Source of the DNA: Octopus vulgaris | Taxonomy: Eukaryota | Length of the DNA stretch: 64,000 nucleotides | NCBI GenBank assembly: GCA_951406725.2 | Contig: OX597815.1 | Coordinates: 172,050,001 to 172,114,000 of the forward strand | Direction: 5' to 3' | In this document: positions 40,757 to 53,485 of the stretch, one piece after another | Layout of the letters: the number at the start of each line of letters is the position of its first letter | Position numbering within the stretch: the first letter of the stretch is position 1 | The notes under the pieces: generated by a model | Databases searched by the model: none | The model's input: only the letters and a program-made list of their open reading frames with translations | What the model was told of the DNA's origin: nothing | Program-made: the position numbers and the translations under genes

Positions 40757-41228
40757 CATGTACATTGTTTTGTCTTGGTATAAAAGATGGGCTACAGCAA
40801 ATATTCTGCTCAATACCACAGATTTGCTTGTCAGTTAACCATGTCCCTTAGTGGCTGATGATATGTGCATCTCTGATCACAAGCATAAGTAGTAGGGGAG
40901 CATCATAGGCATGTATTGAGAGGGATTCTTAGAGGTTTGGATAATTCACCTTTGGAAACATGGGTGGTTCGTTCAACATCCTTAAACAATCCTTATTCAG
41001 GGGCCTTTTGAGTGGGATGGACTACTCGACCTGAAGAAAATTCTAACTGGGCCCCACCTGCAAGGTCATGCGCTGTTTATCTTGATATGAGATCACCATG
41101 TTGCGCACATATGGTTGTGATGCATGTGCCTGGTGTACCCTTATCAAACGAGTAGTCATGATGGGTATACTGGGCTTCGTATATTTTACAACAGTGTCAC
41201 TTTGATGGTATGCACTGCTCTCTCACTC

Positions 41229-41230
<2 letters not shown>
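40757..41230 (+). mobile_element. Retroelement 3' fragment embedded in (TAA)n (Dong/R4-like targeting inferred)
   Basis: GC-richer block flanked on both sides by (TAA)n; no ORF seen. Confidence 0.45.
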
Positions 41231-41264
<34 letters not shown>

Positions 41265-41304
41265 TAATAATAATAATAATAATATTAATATTAATAATAA
41301 TAAT

Positions 41305-41341
<37 letters not shown>

Positions 41342-41450
41342 TTAATAATAATAATAATAATAATAATAATGATAATAATATTATTAATAATAATAATAAT
41401 AATAATAATGATAATAATATTATTAATAATAATAATAATAGTAATAATTA
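41229..41450. repeat. Interrupted (TAA)n microsatellite
   Basis: Read directly. Confidence 0.95.
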
Positions 41451-42077
41451 ATTCGTTTATTGGTCACAAAGTTACATTAATACACATACAACAACATAAA
41501 AGATAAAAACAGGATGATACAATGGGTTTTAAGTGTAAAAAATATAATAACAATTAAAATTAAACAATTTAAAACTCCCAATGATGAAAAACTTTGGGCT
41601 TTTTTGCCTTAAACATCTTTCTCTTTATTCAACCCAATTTATGCAAAGTTGCTTATCATTATTAGTATATATTCATGCCAATTATTCATTCCATAAGCCA
41701 CAAAGTTCGTAAGGAATTTGCTACAATCTCCCAGTTTTTCACAGTGGTTGAGCATGTACTATAATACAAGTGGTACAATGGAAAAATAATGTCTGACCTG
41801 ATAACCTCAGTGAAGACAACAACAACACCGTGCATCTATGCAAGGGTAAATTAAGGTTACATATACACATATGAGTCTGCCAATGGTGTGTGTCCCTTCA
41901 TTGGTTGGAATGCACACTGTGTTCATTGATTGGTACAATTTCAAATCAATTTTTCCTTATCAGAGATATAGTACTACAATACCAGTTGGTCATGGTGTTA
42001 TTGTTATCAATGACCTGGGTAATGCCAGAGTGCATTGTGTGTGGTGTGTACATTCCAGTTGAACTCAAAAATTGAGT

Positions 42078-42126
<49 letters not shown>

Positions 42127-42249
42127 GAAGCACATAAATATGAAACAAGGTGGAAAAAAAGAGTACTCAAATACAAGAGGTAGAGTAATGTGCTTTATTA
42201 AAAGCACCAATATATATATGGAGAGAGAGAGATAAGAAGCTTGCATTAT

Positions 42250-42330
<81 letters not shown>

Positions 42331-43115
42331 GGGCTCCTTTCACTTTCTGTTGACAAGTACACTTACAAAACGTTGGTTGGCCCAGGGTTATAGTTGAAGA
42401 TGCCCAAAAGGCCATGTTGTGGGTTAGGGAGCAAACTTCTTACTACACAACCATGCCTGTGCCTCTGCTGTCCGTGCAACATCTATATTCTTCACTGTTC
42501 CTGTGAAATCCTGTATCCCTGCCGTAAGGCTTTACTTCCACACATGCCAGCTTAATTTAATTTATCCTTTGTCGAAAGACACTTGTTATGTCCTGTTATT
42601 TGTATTTGTGTAACCTTCTCCGTTTTTTTCCATCCTTGTTTTCATATACATTTGCTGCTTTCTTTCAAGGAATCTAATGCTATTAGCTTAGTTTTTCCTT
42701 GGGGCTGACCAGATTGGAGCAATCTCGAGTATAACCAGCCAAAATTGCAAAGATAATCTGGAACTAAACTGAGGAAAGAAAACTCTGAATGACCTGTCCT
42801 TGTTTTCTTTGATGTGAGAGATATTGTAATGTACTAGAATATGCAATATAAGAAGAGTGTTGAAGTTCACTTGGCACATTGTAGTGCAGTCGTATAAAAG
42901 TTTTTAAAACTTTCTGCATTTTTAGAAGCTTTCCTTATTTTTTATTTCATGCAATATAATACATATGTGTGTGTGTGTGTGTGTGCGTGTTTGTACATAT
43001 GAATGTATGGATGAATACATAGATTTATGTATGGATGGATAGAAAAGCACAGTTCTCCTAGTTGATAAAGCTGTTTGCATAAGTTAAATAATAAGCTAGA
43101 ATCTCTCTCTTCCAG

Positions 43116-43172
43116 ATGTGTGCGACGGTCGTGGTAATGATGGAGAGTCTATATTTGGAGGTGAATTTGAAG
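43116..43172 (+). CDS. PPIL6: PPIL6 exon 6
   Basis: cttccag / G|gttggt; GRGNDGESIFGGEFE. Confidence 0.93.
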
Positions 43173-43373
43173 GTTGGTATTTTCATTTGACTATATATTC
43201 TATTTGTACAACTACTTTATTGTGATCATAATATTGCTTTCTACTATCGGCACAAGGCTGAAAATTTGGAGGAGGGAGCTAGTCAATTGCATCAGTCCTA
43301 GTGTTCAACTGGTACTTATTTTATCTACCCCAAAAGGATGAAAGGCAAAGTAAACCCTGGCAGAATTTGAACT

Positions 43374-43791
43374 TAAGGCAGCAAACTGGCAGAAACATTA
43401 GCACGCTAGGTGAAATGCTTAGCGGTATTTTGTCTGCCACTATGTTCTGGGTTCAAATTCCGCTGAGGTCGACTTTGCCTTTCATCCTTTCGGGGTCGAT
43501 TAAATAAGTACCAGTTACACACTGGGGTCAATGTAATTGACTTAATCCGGTTGTCTGTCCTTGTTTATCCCCTCTGTGTTTAGCCCCTTGTGGGTAGTAA
43601 AAAAATAGGTATTTTGTCTGCCGCTACATTCTGAATTCAAATTCCGCCGAGGTCGACTTTGCCTTTCATTCTTTTGGGGTTGATTAAATAAGTACCAGTT
43701 GCGCACTGGGGTCGATGTAATCGACTTAATCCGTTTGTCTGCCCTTGTTCATCCCTTCTATGTTTAGCCCCATGTGGGCAATAAAGAAATA
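43374..43791 (+). mobile_element. SINE family B tandem dimer inserted in an antisense family B copy
   Basis: 12-bp TSD AGAATTTGAACT at 43362-43373 and 43792-43803. Confidence 0.85.
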
Positions 43792-44012
43792 AGAATTTGA
43801 ACTCAGAATAACAAGCCAGAAGAAATACCATTAAGAATTTTGTTCTTGCATGGTGATGATTCTGCCAGCTCACTGCCTTTATTGTGCTCATGATAATGAG
43901 TTAATGCAGAAAATCCAAATTGATTACTGGTAACAGGGTCTACATCTGTTTCATGATTGCAGGTTTAGGTTTTGAGAAAATTTTAAATGAAAGAGCAATT
44001 GAGGAATATGTA

Positions 44013-45299
44013 CGAGGGGCGTTCAATAAGTAATGCCCCTGACCCACTTCCCATAGCAGTAGAGCAACGAAACTTGGCACATTTATTAGTCTTTTTCTAC
44101 ATAGGAACCACCCAGAGTTATACATTTCTCCCATCGTTTGATGCGGCTCTGGAGACCGTTTTTGTAGAAGAACCCAGCTTGGTCCTCCAACCTCAACGTG
44201 ACTTCAGAAATCAAGGCTGCATCATCTGGGAAACGCTTTCCTTTCAAAAACAACTTCATGATTGGGAAGAGGTGAAAATCAGAGGGTGCAAGGTCAGGAA
44301 AGTAGGAGGGATGGGGAGGAGTTCATAGCCATACGCCTGTGCTTCTGATCTGGCGACAAGTTGTGGACCGGAGCGTTGTCCTGCAGGAGGAGGATGCCTT
44401 TGCTGATCTTGCCCCGCCTCTTGATTTTGATAACTTCTCTTAATTTCCTCAAAAGTGAAGCATAATAGGCTCCTGCAATTGTGGTACACTTTGCCAGGAA
44501 ATCTGTCATCACTACTCCGTCCTGGTCCCAGAAGACTGTGAGCATGACCTTGCCAGCGGAGGGCTGCACCCTTGCCTTCTTTGGAGGGGGTGAGTCACGG
44601 TGCTTCCACTGCATTGACTGGGCTTTGGTCTCTGGATCATCGTGATGGACCCAGGTTTCATCCTGTGTAATCAGTCTTTTGAAAAATTTTGACTCATCTT
44701 CTTGGCACATCTCCAAATTCACCCTCGAGCACTCGACGCGTTCTTGCTTCTGGAAAGGCGTGAGCAACCTGGGAATCCATCTGGCAGACACCTTTTGCAT
44801 ATGCAAATGGTCATGAATGATAGTTTCCACAGACCCGGTACTAATCTTGACCTCATGGGCTATTTGGCGAATAATTATGTGTCGATCTTCCAAAATGGCA
44901 GCCTCAACTTGACGGACAGATGCCTCATCAATGGCAGAAGGGGGCGACCAGATCTGGGAGCTGTTTCCACAGAGTTCCGACCATGTTTGAATTCACGATG
45001 CCAGTGTTTTACAAGGTCATATGATGGGGCATCATCACCATAAATTACTTTCATTTCATCAAAAGTCTCCCATGGTGTGCGTCCTTTCAAATACAAAAAC
45101 CGGATCACTGCTCGACACTCAACAGGCTCCATTTCACACTTGACTCGGTTCAAACACCTGTAAATCAGAAACCACAATTAATTCAGAGCTGTAATTTGCC
45201 ACTTACTCTATAGAGATATAAATGATTGCATATGCAAAATGTCAGCTAGATCAAACAACTGCAAGTGGGTCAGAGGCATTACTTATTGAACGTCCCTCG
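44013..45299 (-). mobile_element. Full-length mariner transposon (1287 bp) with frameshifted transposase (~45132->44086), in PPIL6 intron 6
   Basis: ~37-bp TIRs CGAGGGGCGTTCAATAAGTAATGCC..., TA TSDs, WIPRLL, QDETW, QDNAP and PDLAPSDF motifs. Confidence 0.95.
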
Positions 45300-45707
45300 T
45301 ATTATTATTAGTACCAATACCAATGGGTTTCTAACAGAGCAAGATCTTTTATGAAATTATCTGATACATTCAGATCTGATTATGTTTAATATATATCACC
45401 ATTGTACTGCTCAATTAGGCTTTGTGAGATACAGGGTTTAGCAACCATTATACTTGTTAAATGTGTCTTTAATGATTTCTGATTTGCAATGAATATTCAG
45501 TTATCTCATTTGATTTAATGAAGATTTTGTAACCAATTATAAAGTATAATAACCGAGAAATTGAACATAAATTTATTAAAGCTCCTTGTAATTAAAATTC
45601 TAGTAATATCTACACTAGAATTCTTCCTTATTTATTTTCAGCTCTTCACATAATTGAACCATAAACATTGTTTCTTTATTTGTCTTTAAAATGTCTTTAT
45701 TCTTTAG

Positions 45708-45843
45708 ATGAAAATTTTTGTATACCTTTCAACAAACGGGGCGTACTAGGAATGGCTAACCATGGACGGCATACAAATTCTTCCCAATTTTTTATAACTT
45801 TAGTAGAAACACCTTGGATGAATCATAAATATGTTGCCTTTGG
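45708..45843 (+). CDS. PPIL6: PPIL6 exon 7
   Basis: tctttag / GG|gtaaga; DENF...[21 protein letters not shown]...VAFG. Confidence 0.95.
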
Positions 45844-48186
45844 GTAAGATGTTTTCAGTAACTGTATTTCAATTCACTTTTCGTCTGTCTGCTTATTAAA
45901 GAAAATTCCTTGTTTTATACCACTGATTACCAAATCAAATGTTTTTGATATAAACATTGATAGTGTTTCCATAGCTAGTAAATATTTTGTCATTTGCATT
46001 TAATAACCTTAGTAAACCACATAAATTTATGCTTGATCATTTGTTAATGAATATATCATTTGTTATTTTGTTAATTTGTATAAATATTCAAGCTTATAGC
46101 TCAACAAAATTCACATTAACACAAATACAACAAGTACAAAAATTTATTTACAAGTTACATATTTAGCTATCTTAATATTGAACTGTATTTTCCTATCACC
46201 ATTTCTGTTCTGGTCTTGGTTATTAGATTACTGAGATTTCATCCAGATCTAGTTTTGAATAACCATGTTAAATATATCAGCATCTCCTTTCTTTTGTCAT
46301 TTACCATTTGTTCCTTTCCTGTTCCTCAGTGAACAATATCTCCAATAACTCCCTAAAATAAAAACAAAAATTAATTTGTATTTAACAATGGAACTCAAAG
46401 TAGATAAAGCTATAAATAATAGCATGTAAATATAAAGTTAAAAATCCCTTTGGATGGAAAATGTAAAAAAAACTACCTATGAGACAATCAAAACATCTGT
46501 TGTCCCATGGGTAGCCTTCAACTTTTACCATTGAAGAGGTTTTTTTGTTAAACTCAATATTTGAACCCTGTTATTTGTAGCTCAATCTACTCTGAGTTCC
46601 ACCATTAAAAATAATTTATTTCATGTCTCTCAAGTTTCTAAATTTTTATGATGTAAAAAATTTATTATTTTCTTAGCCTTAAGAGACTCTTAAAAATATG
46701 TTCTTAAACCCCTGCTTTGTAGTTATGAAGTACATAAAAAAATAACTTTGCTTCTGATCAGGATTCTTGCCTATTGTGGAATTTAGCAGTGTCAGATAAT
46801 GTGGCACCTATTGTCAACAACTAAGCAAATAGTAACATTGTACAAATAGAGCCTAGCGCAGAAACAATAAAATGAATATAGTAAATTTTAAACTCTTAAT
46901 TTGTAAGTAGTTTGTAGTTCAATAGTTTTACCTCCATATTTCTTTGAAATATTTTCTCATTCTGGAACTGAAATTAGCTGTTTAAACCCTTTTACTATCG
47001 GAATCAGATATATTGACACAAAATTCCATTACTCTTAACTACAGAAGGCAGTCTGTATTTTGTTGAAAAAGTCATTTTTGAAACTTTTTGTTGTTGAAAC
47101 ATCAAATATTCTGAGGCAGTATGACTTGCAGAAAATACCAATTCAACTTCTTGGTAGATATTTATCATTATCACTGGAATAACCATGAAATTAATTTTAC
47201 AGTTAAAGGGTTAATATGAAAAAGTCCCTGCAAAGTTATGCAAATTACCCTATGCCATAAACGTTCTCTGCTGTTGGTACATATTGAAGTAGAAACATAT
47301 TCACAGCTATACTTTGGTCACCAGAGACAGAAAAGGCAAAAATAGCAAACCGAGTTTCCCTTAATGGCATGCTAGTTCCAGAGTATTCTTGATTCTTAAG
47401 ATTATCTATCCTTCTCATTAGAATTGACTGCAATTACCATTAAGTACTTATTTAACTTCCCTTGAACTGAAGATTATTTCAGGAAATCAGGAATTCATCT
47501 TATTTGGCATTTAGTATATATTTTTTTCCGCCTTTGTTGAGCAATTTCATGCCACTGGCCACACTGAGTTATTTCTCTTTGCTCATTAGGACTGAGCCCA
47601 TTCTATATATTGCTGGGTTTGTTTGAATTAAACTCCCAAATATTTGGAGTCAGAGATATCAGGTATACTATCAGGTATATTAGAATTTTGTGCAGGTGTG
47701 TATTGTCATCTCTTGATTTCTGAAGAAAGGAATATGAAAAGAAATGATGAGAGAGACAAGGAATGGGTTGATTTAAAGTTAAAATATTAAATTAAGTTAA
47801 AGATCCATAGTTCGTAGCCTCCCAAATACATCTCAGTTAGCCTTTATGACTGCTTCCTGCAGGGATCTTGCTGTATTGATCAATATATATAATAAATAAC
47901 AGTGATAATAAGAGGGAGACAGATAGAAAATATTTCAGCCATAGTTTTACTCTCTCTCTCTTTCTCTCTCTCTCTTTCTTTCTCTCTCTCTCTCACACAC
48001 ACACAGACACACACCTGCATGCTCATGCATAACATATACACATGGACACACATTTATGTGTTGTGTATCTTGTTAATTATTTTTTCAGGTCCCACATAAA
48101 CTAAAATAGACTTTGTTGGGTTTTGAACAAAAACAAAGAAAATAATAACACTTAAAACAATATTCATTAAGAAGCCTATATGTTGT

Positions 48187-48228
<42 letters not shown>

Positions 48229-48554
48229 TACACACACACATACATACAAGTTAAGTCAGTAAAAGACTGTAACATAGTTTTCAAGCAATTTGTCAATTAT
48301 TTTCTCATAAAGATGCCATCATCATCATAATCATCATCATCATCATCATCATCATTGTCACCAAAATCACCACTACCACCCCTAGTGCCGCTGCCACTTC
48401 ATCTGCTACCCAGTCTGCCTCCACTGTTCATTTACACAATCACTATGAAATGCTGGAAGCTGGAACTATAACTTCATGCAGTAAATATTGCCTCTTCGTC
48501 AGAGTTGAACTCTATTTTTTTTTCACTTTGTTCACATTATCGCCAGATATGTAA

Positions 48555-48662
48555 ACCACCACCATCCACCACCACCATCCACCACCATCATCCACCACCA
48601 CCACCACCACCACAACAACAACAACCACCACTGCTGCCACCACCACCGCCACCACCGCCACC

Positions 48663-48693
<31 letters not shown>

Positions 48694-48700
48694 CCATCAT
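48555..48700. repeat. (CCA)n/(CAA)n/(CAT)n microsatellite in PPIL6 intron 7
   Basis: Read directly; lies upstream of the exon 8 acceptor. Confidence 0.9.
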
Positions 48701-48791
48701 TTGCAGCAGCTGCTTCAGAAAGTATTCTATCTTCTTTGTCTGCATTTTTTATTTTTTTTTATTTCTTTTTTTTATTTCTTTTTTCATGCAG

Positions 48792-49422
48792 TCAACTTCT
48801 TGAAGGCACAGAGCTTCTACAGACATTAGAAGAAGAACAAACATTCAATGAGAGACCCATCAAGCCTTTAAGGATCTACAAATGTGAGGCATTTAATTTT
48901 ACAGAGTCTATTACCCATACACCACCATCTAACATGTCGGGAAGCATTCATGTTTTTCCAGAAGGGGATGAAGATGCTGAAAAAGAACATTCACCAGGTG
49001 AACAAGAAGATGCAGCAGATATACCAGAAAATGTAACAGATGAACCAGAAAATACCGTAGGTGTAACAGAAGATGTAGAAAATATACCAGAAGATGCAGA
49101 AGATGCACCAAAAGTTGGAGGTGATACACCAGATGATGAAGTAAATGTGCTGGATGATGCTTTTGTTGCACCTGAAGAGTTAGTAAATGCACCCGAAGAA
49201 AAAGTTGAACCAGATGAAAAAGTTGAGCCAGATGAAAAAGTTGAACCAGATGAAAAAGTTGAGCCAGATGAAAAAGTTGAACCAGATGAAAAAGTTGAGC
49301 CAGATGAAAAAGTTGAACCAGATGAAAAAGTTGAACCAGATGAAAAAGTTGAATCAGATGAAAAAGCTGAATCAGTTGAAAAAGAACAAATGCCTTCAAC
49401 AGAAGACTCCAAGGATACATAA
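48792..49422 (+). CDS. PPIL6: PPIL6 exon 8 (end of cyclophilin domain plus acidic repeat tail)
   Basis: Long polypyrimidine tract + catgcag; QLLEGTELL...NERP, then D/E/P-rich tail to TAA ending 49422. Confidence 0.92.
49006..49194 (+). repeat. Degenerate coding 21-bp (7-aa) repeat x9
   Basis: EDAADIP/ENVTDEP/ENTVGVT/EDVENIP/EDAEDAP/KVGGDTP/DDEVNVL/DDAFVAP/EELVNAP. Confidence 0.75.
49201..49380 (+). repeat. Coding 18-bp tandem repeat (KVEPDE)x8 plus 2 degenerate units
   Basis: AAAGTTGARCCAGATGAA units read directly. Confidence 0.97.
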
Positions 49423-49623
49423 ACTTCTTATTATGCATAAGCAGATATAAGCACACTCATGCATGTATATGTGCACACAAATATGTGTGTATGCACACAC
49501 ACAACACAACATAACACAACACTATACTTGTATGTTGTGTTGTGTGTGTGTGAACATATGTTTGTGGTCATGCGTGTGTGCATAAATTTGTTTATATACA
49601 TGTGAGTATATGTGTATGTGTGC

Positions 49624-49685
<62 letters not shown>

Positions 49686-50174
49686 GTACATATATATATG
49701 TAAATGTCGAACACTGAGAATAAGTGTTTAATACTACATCTTTATTCGTGTAATAAGGGTGGAATTGGTTTGATGTTAAGAAAAATATCTTAATATCTTA
49801 ACAATATTTCAGGCTGACCACATGGAGATGAACACCATGTTTCCATGTGATCAGCTTGAAAAATTATTAAGATTTTAAGATGTTTTTCATAATATGAAAC
49901 CAATGGTAGCCTTAATAGACCAATAGAGAAATAGTTGTGTATAGTTGCAGAAGACTAATGTTAATAAATCAAATAAAGGAATTGTTATGTGGTAGTTGTA
50001 AAAAGGTGATACTGTATAACAGAGACAGTATGTGAATACAGGATATGTGTGATAATTGAAGTGTAGCATATTGAGTTGTATTTTGTATTCATTCTATGTA
50101 GTGTTTATACAGGACATATATTTAAAATACAAGGGTGCTGTAAAAGTATTTGGTCTTTAAAGTTATTGATTGGT

Positions 50175-50497
50175 TACGACACAGACCATGGGATTGCACC
50201 TAGAAAGTTACCCTTCCAGGTACAAGTCCGGGTGAGGTTGTTTATGGAAGACCAGCAGTCGCCCATGCATACCAGCTTCCCCTCTCCACGCCATCGATGT
50301 TATCCAAGGGAAAGGCAAAGGCCGATACAGCTTGGCACCTGTGACATCGCAACTTATTTCTACAGCTGAGTGAACTGGAGCAATGTGAAATAAAGTGTCT
50401 TGCTCAAGAACACAACACGCAGCCTGGTCCAGGATTCGAGCTCACAACCTCACAATCATAAGCTCAACGCTCTAACCACTGAGCCATGTGCCTTCAC
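50175..50497 (-). mobile_element. tRNA-derived SINE family C
   Basis: GTGAAGGCACATGGCTCAGTGGTTAGAGC head; TTCTTGAGCAAGACAC core shared with 56713-56935 and 1-235. Confidence 0.8.
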
Positions 50498-51598
50498 ATT
50501 AATACATTAATACAAGTATATAGGTGTGGTCTTGAAGTATGTGTTTCAAAATAAATAAATAAATCAATAGATACATAAATAAATAAAAAGTCCAGGGAGT
50601 AATAAATCAGATCTGAGAATATTGCATCTCACTGAAGAAATATTTAAGATGCATCAAACAATGCTGTATCATAGCCATAAAATATTCTTGAGTGTAAAAC
50701 AATTATAAGAATGTGTTTGTTGAGATAAGTATATAACCACGAACGTATGTTTAAACATGTTTGTTATAAAAGGGAATTGTTAACATGGATCCTAGCTAAA
50801 ATCCAGAATGTGTTTATATTAATTATCTCCCCTGAGTGTAATGTGTTTATTACACCCAAGGCTCTGCTGATTTCTATGCAAGTGAAGTGGCTGAGCATTC
50901 CATAGAAATATGTACCTTAATGTGCTATATTTCTCTTCCAGCTAATTCAGCCTAGTACTGATGAGAGACCAAGTGTTGTAAGCTAGGGAACTGGATAAGC
51001 ATAAGCCTGCTAAGTGCAATAGTTACTTCTAATACATGACCAAGCTCATCTTGCCATTTACTTGTTTCACAAATCACTTTTCTCCCTTGAAATTAACTAA
51101 AATATAATTAATCTGTTCCATGCCCCAAAACTACTCAAAAATAATTTTTTATGAGTTTTAAAACAGAAAAGGTGTAGTTACAAGTAAAATGACAATTATA
51201 AAAAAAGAGGATTCAAAAGAAATGTATAAACTGGTTTTATTAACTGAATTACCTTAAAGATAGGACGACTTGTGTGCTCATACTGCAGATTTCCACTTGT
51301 ACTTCAAGACAAAAATTAGCATGAGTCTCGGCTCGTACAGCAAATTACTCATACAACAGCACACTTGTACTATGAGGTTCTACTGTAATTAGATATTGAA
51401 AACAAGCCAAAATATCACAGTCTCTTACCACAAACTTATGAACAGTTGCTTACAATATGATGGTATCTATGTGAAAAGGTCACATCATTTTATTATACTT
51501 CCTTTTCTAACATATATAGCCTACACTTGATGTGTGCATTACATCATTTAATGACTGTGTTACTTCTAAGAAGCACCTTTTTTTTTAATTATTTAAAT

Positions 51599-51843
51599 CG
51601 GGTTCTCAAACATTTTTTACCTGTGGACTCATTTCCTATTTTGCTCGGTTGGACCCCCATAGCCATTCAATATTTTAAAAATCCTATTATATTTTTATGA
51701 TTAAATATAAGGAATTGTATTAAAATATTGTTAAAATATTTTGTGTATTGTGGAAGTATAACCAGTCCATTGCATATAAATTTTAACCACAAAATCTTAT
51801 GTGGACCCCCAAGGGTCATATGAGCCATGGTTGAGAACCATTG
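51599..51843. mobile_element. hAT-like MITE nested in an older repeat
   Basis: GGTTCTCAA-type TIRs; 8-bp TSD ATTTAAAT/ATCTAAAT; empty-site copy at 20589-20596. Confidence 0.8.
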
Positions 51844-52299
51844 ATCTAAATAATAATTCTTTTTCAAAGATGAAAAGAGTGTTAAACTGCTAATCAGATA
51901 TTTGCAATGAGGCAATGACAACAAATTCATAGTCATGGGGCCCTGCCCTGGTGGCCATCATAGTAACACAAAATATTATCAAAAATGAATTTTACATCTG
52001 ATATGGCAATTCTCTTCACCAAAATATACAAAAAAATATACAGTTGGTTTGATAAAAGTGAAGTGCAGTATTCATATAATGCTGTTTATATATGATAAAT
52101 TTATGATTTTGCACTTTCTTCCAGTATATGTAGGCACAAACATGGGGGTGTGTTAAGAAGCTTGCTTCCCAACTACATGGTTCCAAGTTCTGTCCCACTG
52201 TGTAGTACATTGGGCGAGTATTTTTTACTATAGCCTCAGACTGACCAAACCCTTGTGAGTGAATCTGGTAGATTTAAGACAGGCTCATTGTGTGTTTAT

Positions 52300-53485
52300 A
52301 TATATATATAAGTGAGGTTGTGTGTAGGCCCACATAACTTCTGAAGATCACAATTGATTTTCTCCAAACTGGGAACATATATTACCTATGTTCCGGAGAT
52401 GGTTTTAGACTTTGAAAATTTTTCATATAATGAGTAACAGACCATCTGGGAGTAGAAAATACACTTTTTAGGGTTATGTAAAAGGAGGTGACTCTTTGCG
52501 AAATAACTTCACAAATTGATTGTCTCTCTTACATCCATTGGTCAAAAAATTATCACAATCTCAATTGGCTGTATGAAAGAGCAATACTTAATGAGCAGCT
52601 GCTGCAGTACCATTCTGGAAGTCCTCACATCTATAAGTCAATTGATACAATCCCAGATTCAGAGAGGTGGCAAATTATCTAACAGAATTCCTCAATTCAT
52701 TGGAGCCTCCAGGTCTACCTCCCCACAGATTGGAACTTAAAGTGGGAACTCCAGTAATGTTATTGAGGAATTTGGATCTACCAACACTCTGTAATGGGAC
52801 ACACCTGGTGGTAAAGAAGATAATGCCACATGTTATTAAGGCCACCATTCTCTCTATATGTGGAAAAGGAGAGGATGTTTTTGTACCCAGAATTCCTCTC
52901 ATCCCATTGGAAGCAGAAATTCCCCTTTCATTCAGAAGAGTACAATTTCCTATTCATATCGGCTTTGCAATGTCTGTTAAATCTCTGGGTCAAATACTGT
53001 CTGTGGTAGAACTTCACTTGGAAGAGTCATGCTTCTCACATGAGCAATTAAATATTTGCTGCTCTTGAGTAAGAAGCAAAAATACATTATTTGCATTTGT
53101 TCCACAAGGGAGAACAAAGAATATTGTTTACCAAGAGGTTTTGTATGAATTACTACATCCTACGATGCACTCCAGTATCTACAGCTCTTTGTGAATGGTG
53201 AAGGTGGATACCATTTCAGCATAATGCCAACTAACCCTAAGACTGCATCAACAAAGCAGTTTCCTGCATGGACTTCAGTATCAAAGCATATTCTCCAATT
53301 ACTCCCACCAACCATGCAGTAAGCCATTACACATTACTTTTTCAAGTAATTCATTACTACATATTCTGAACAGGTTCAGTTTATGTTTCTTATTCTACAG
53401 CCATACCAGCAATCCAATGTCATCCCTTTGCCTTCTGCAACCTATCAACAGTTCACTTCCCCTTGGCGTCTCCCATTTTACTAAT
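52300..53485 (+). mobile_element. Helitron remnant with decayed PIF1 helicase (~52500-53148)
   Basis: [30 protein letters not shown]...LCNGT...PRIPL...RRVQFP. Confidence 0.85.

Noticed and set aside
48505-48791. Polyproline N-terminus of the 305-aa ORF
   Set aside because: Intronic (CCA)n microsatellite and polypyrimidine tract; cyclophilin homology starts at the 48792 acceptor.
48929-49456. Antisense and alternate-frame repetitive ORFs (LVQLFH, TFSSGS, KKLNQM)
   Set aside because: Shadows of the 18-bp coding repeat.
50951-50987. CTGATGA between CCTAG/CTAGG arms
   Set aside because: No GAAA box or stem II partner; at most a deleted hammerhead relic.
52667-53068. Host PIF1 helicase gene
   Set aside because: Intronless, with stops and frameshifts and Helitron-like ends.
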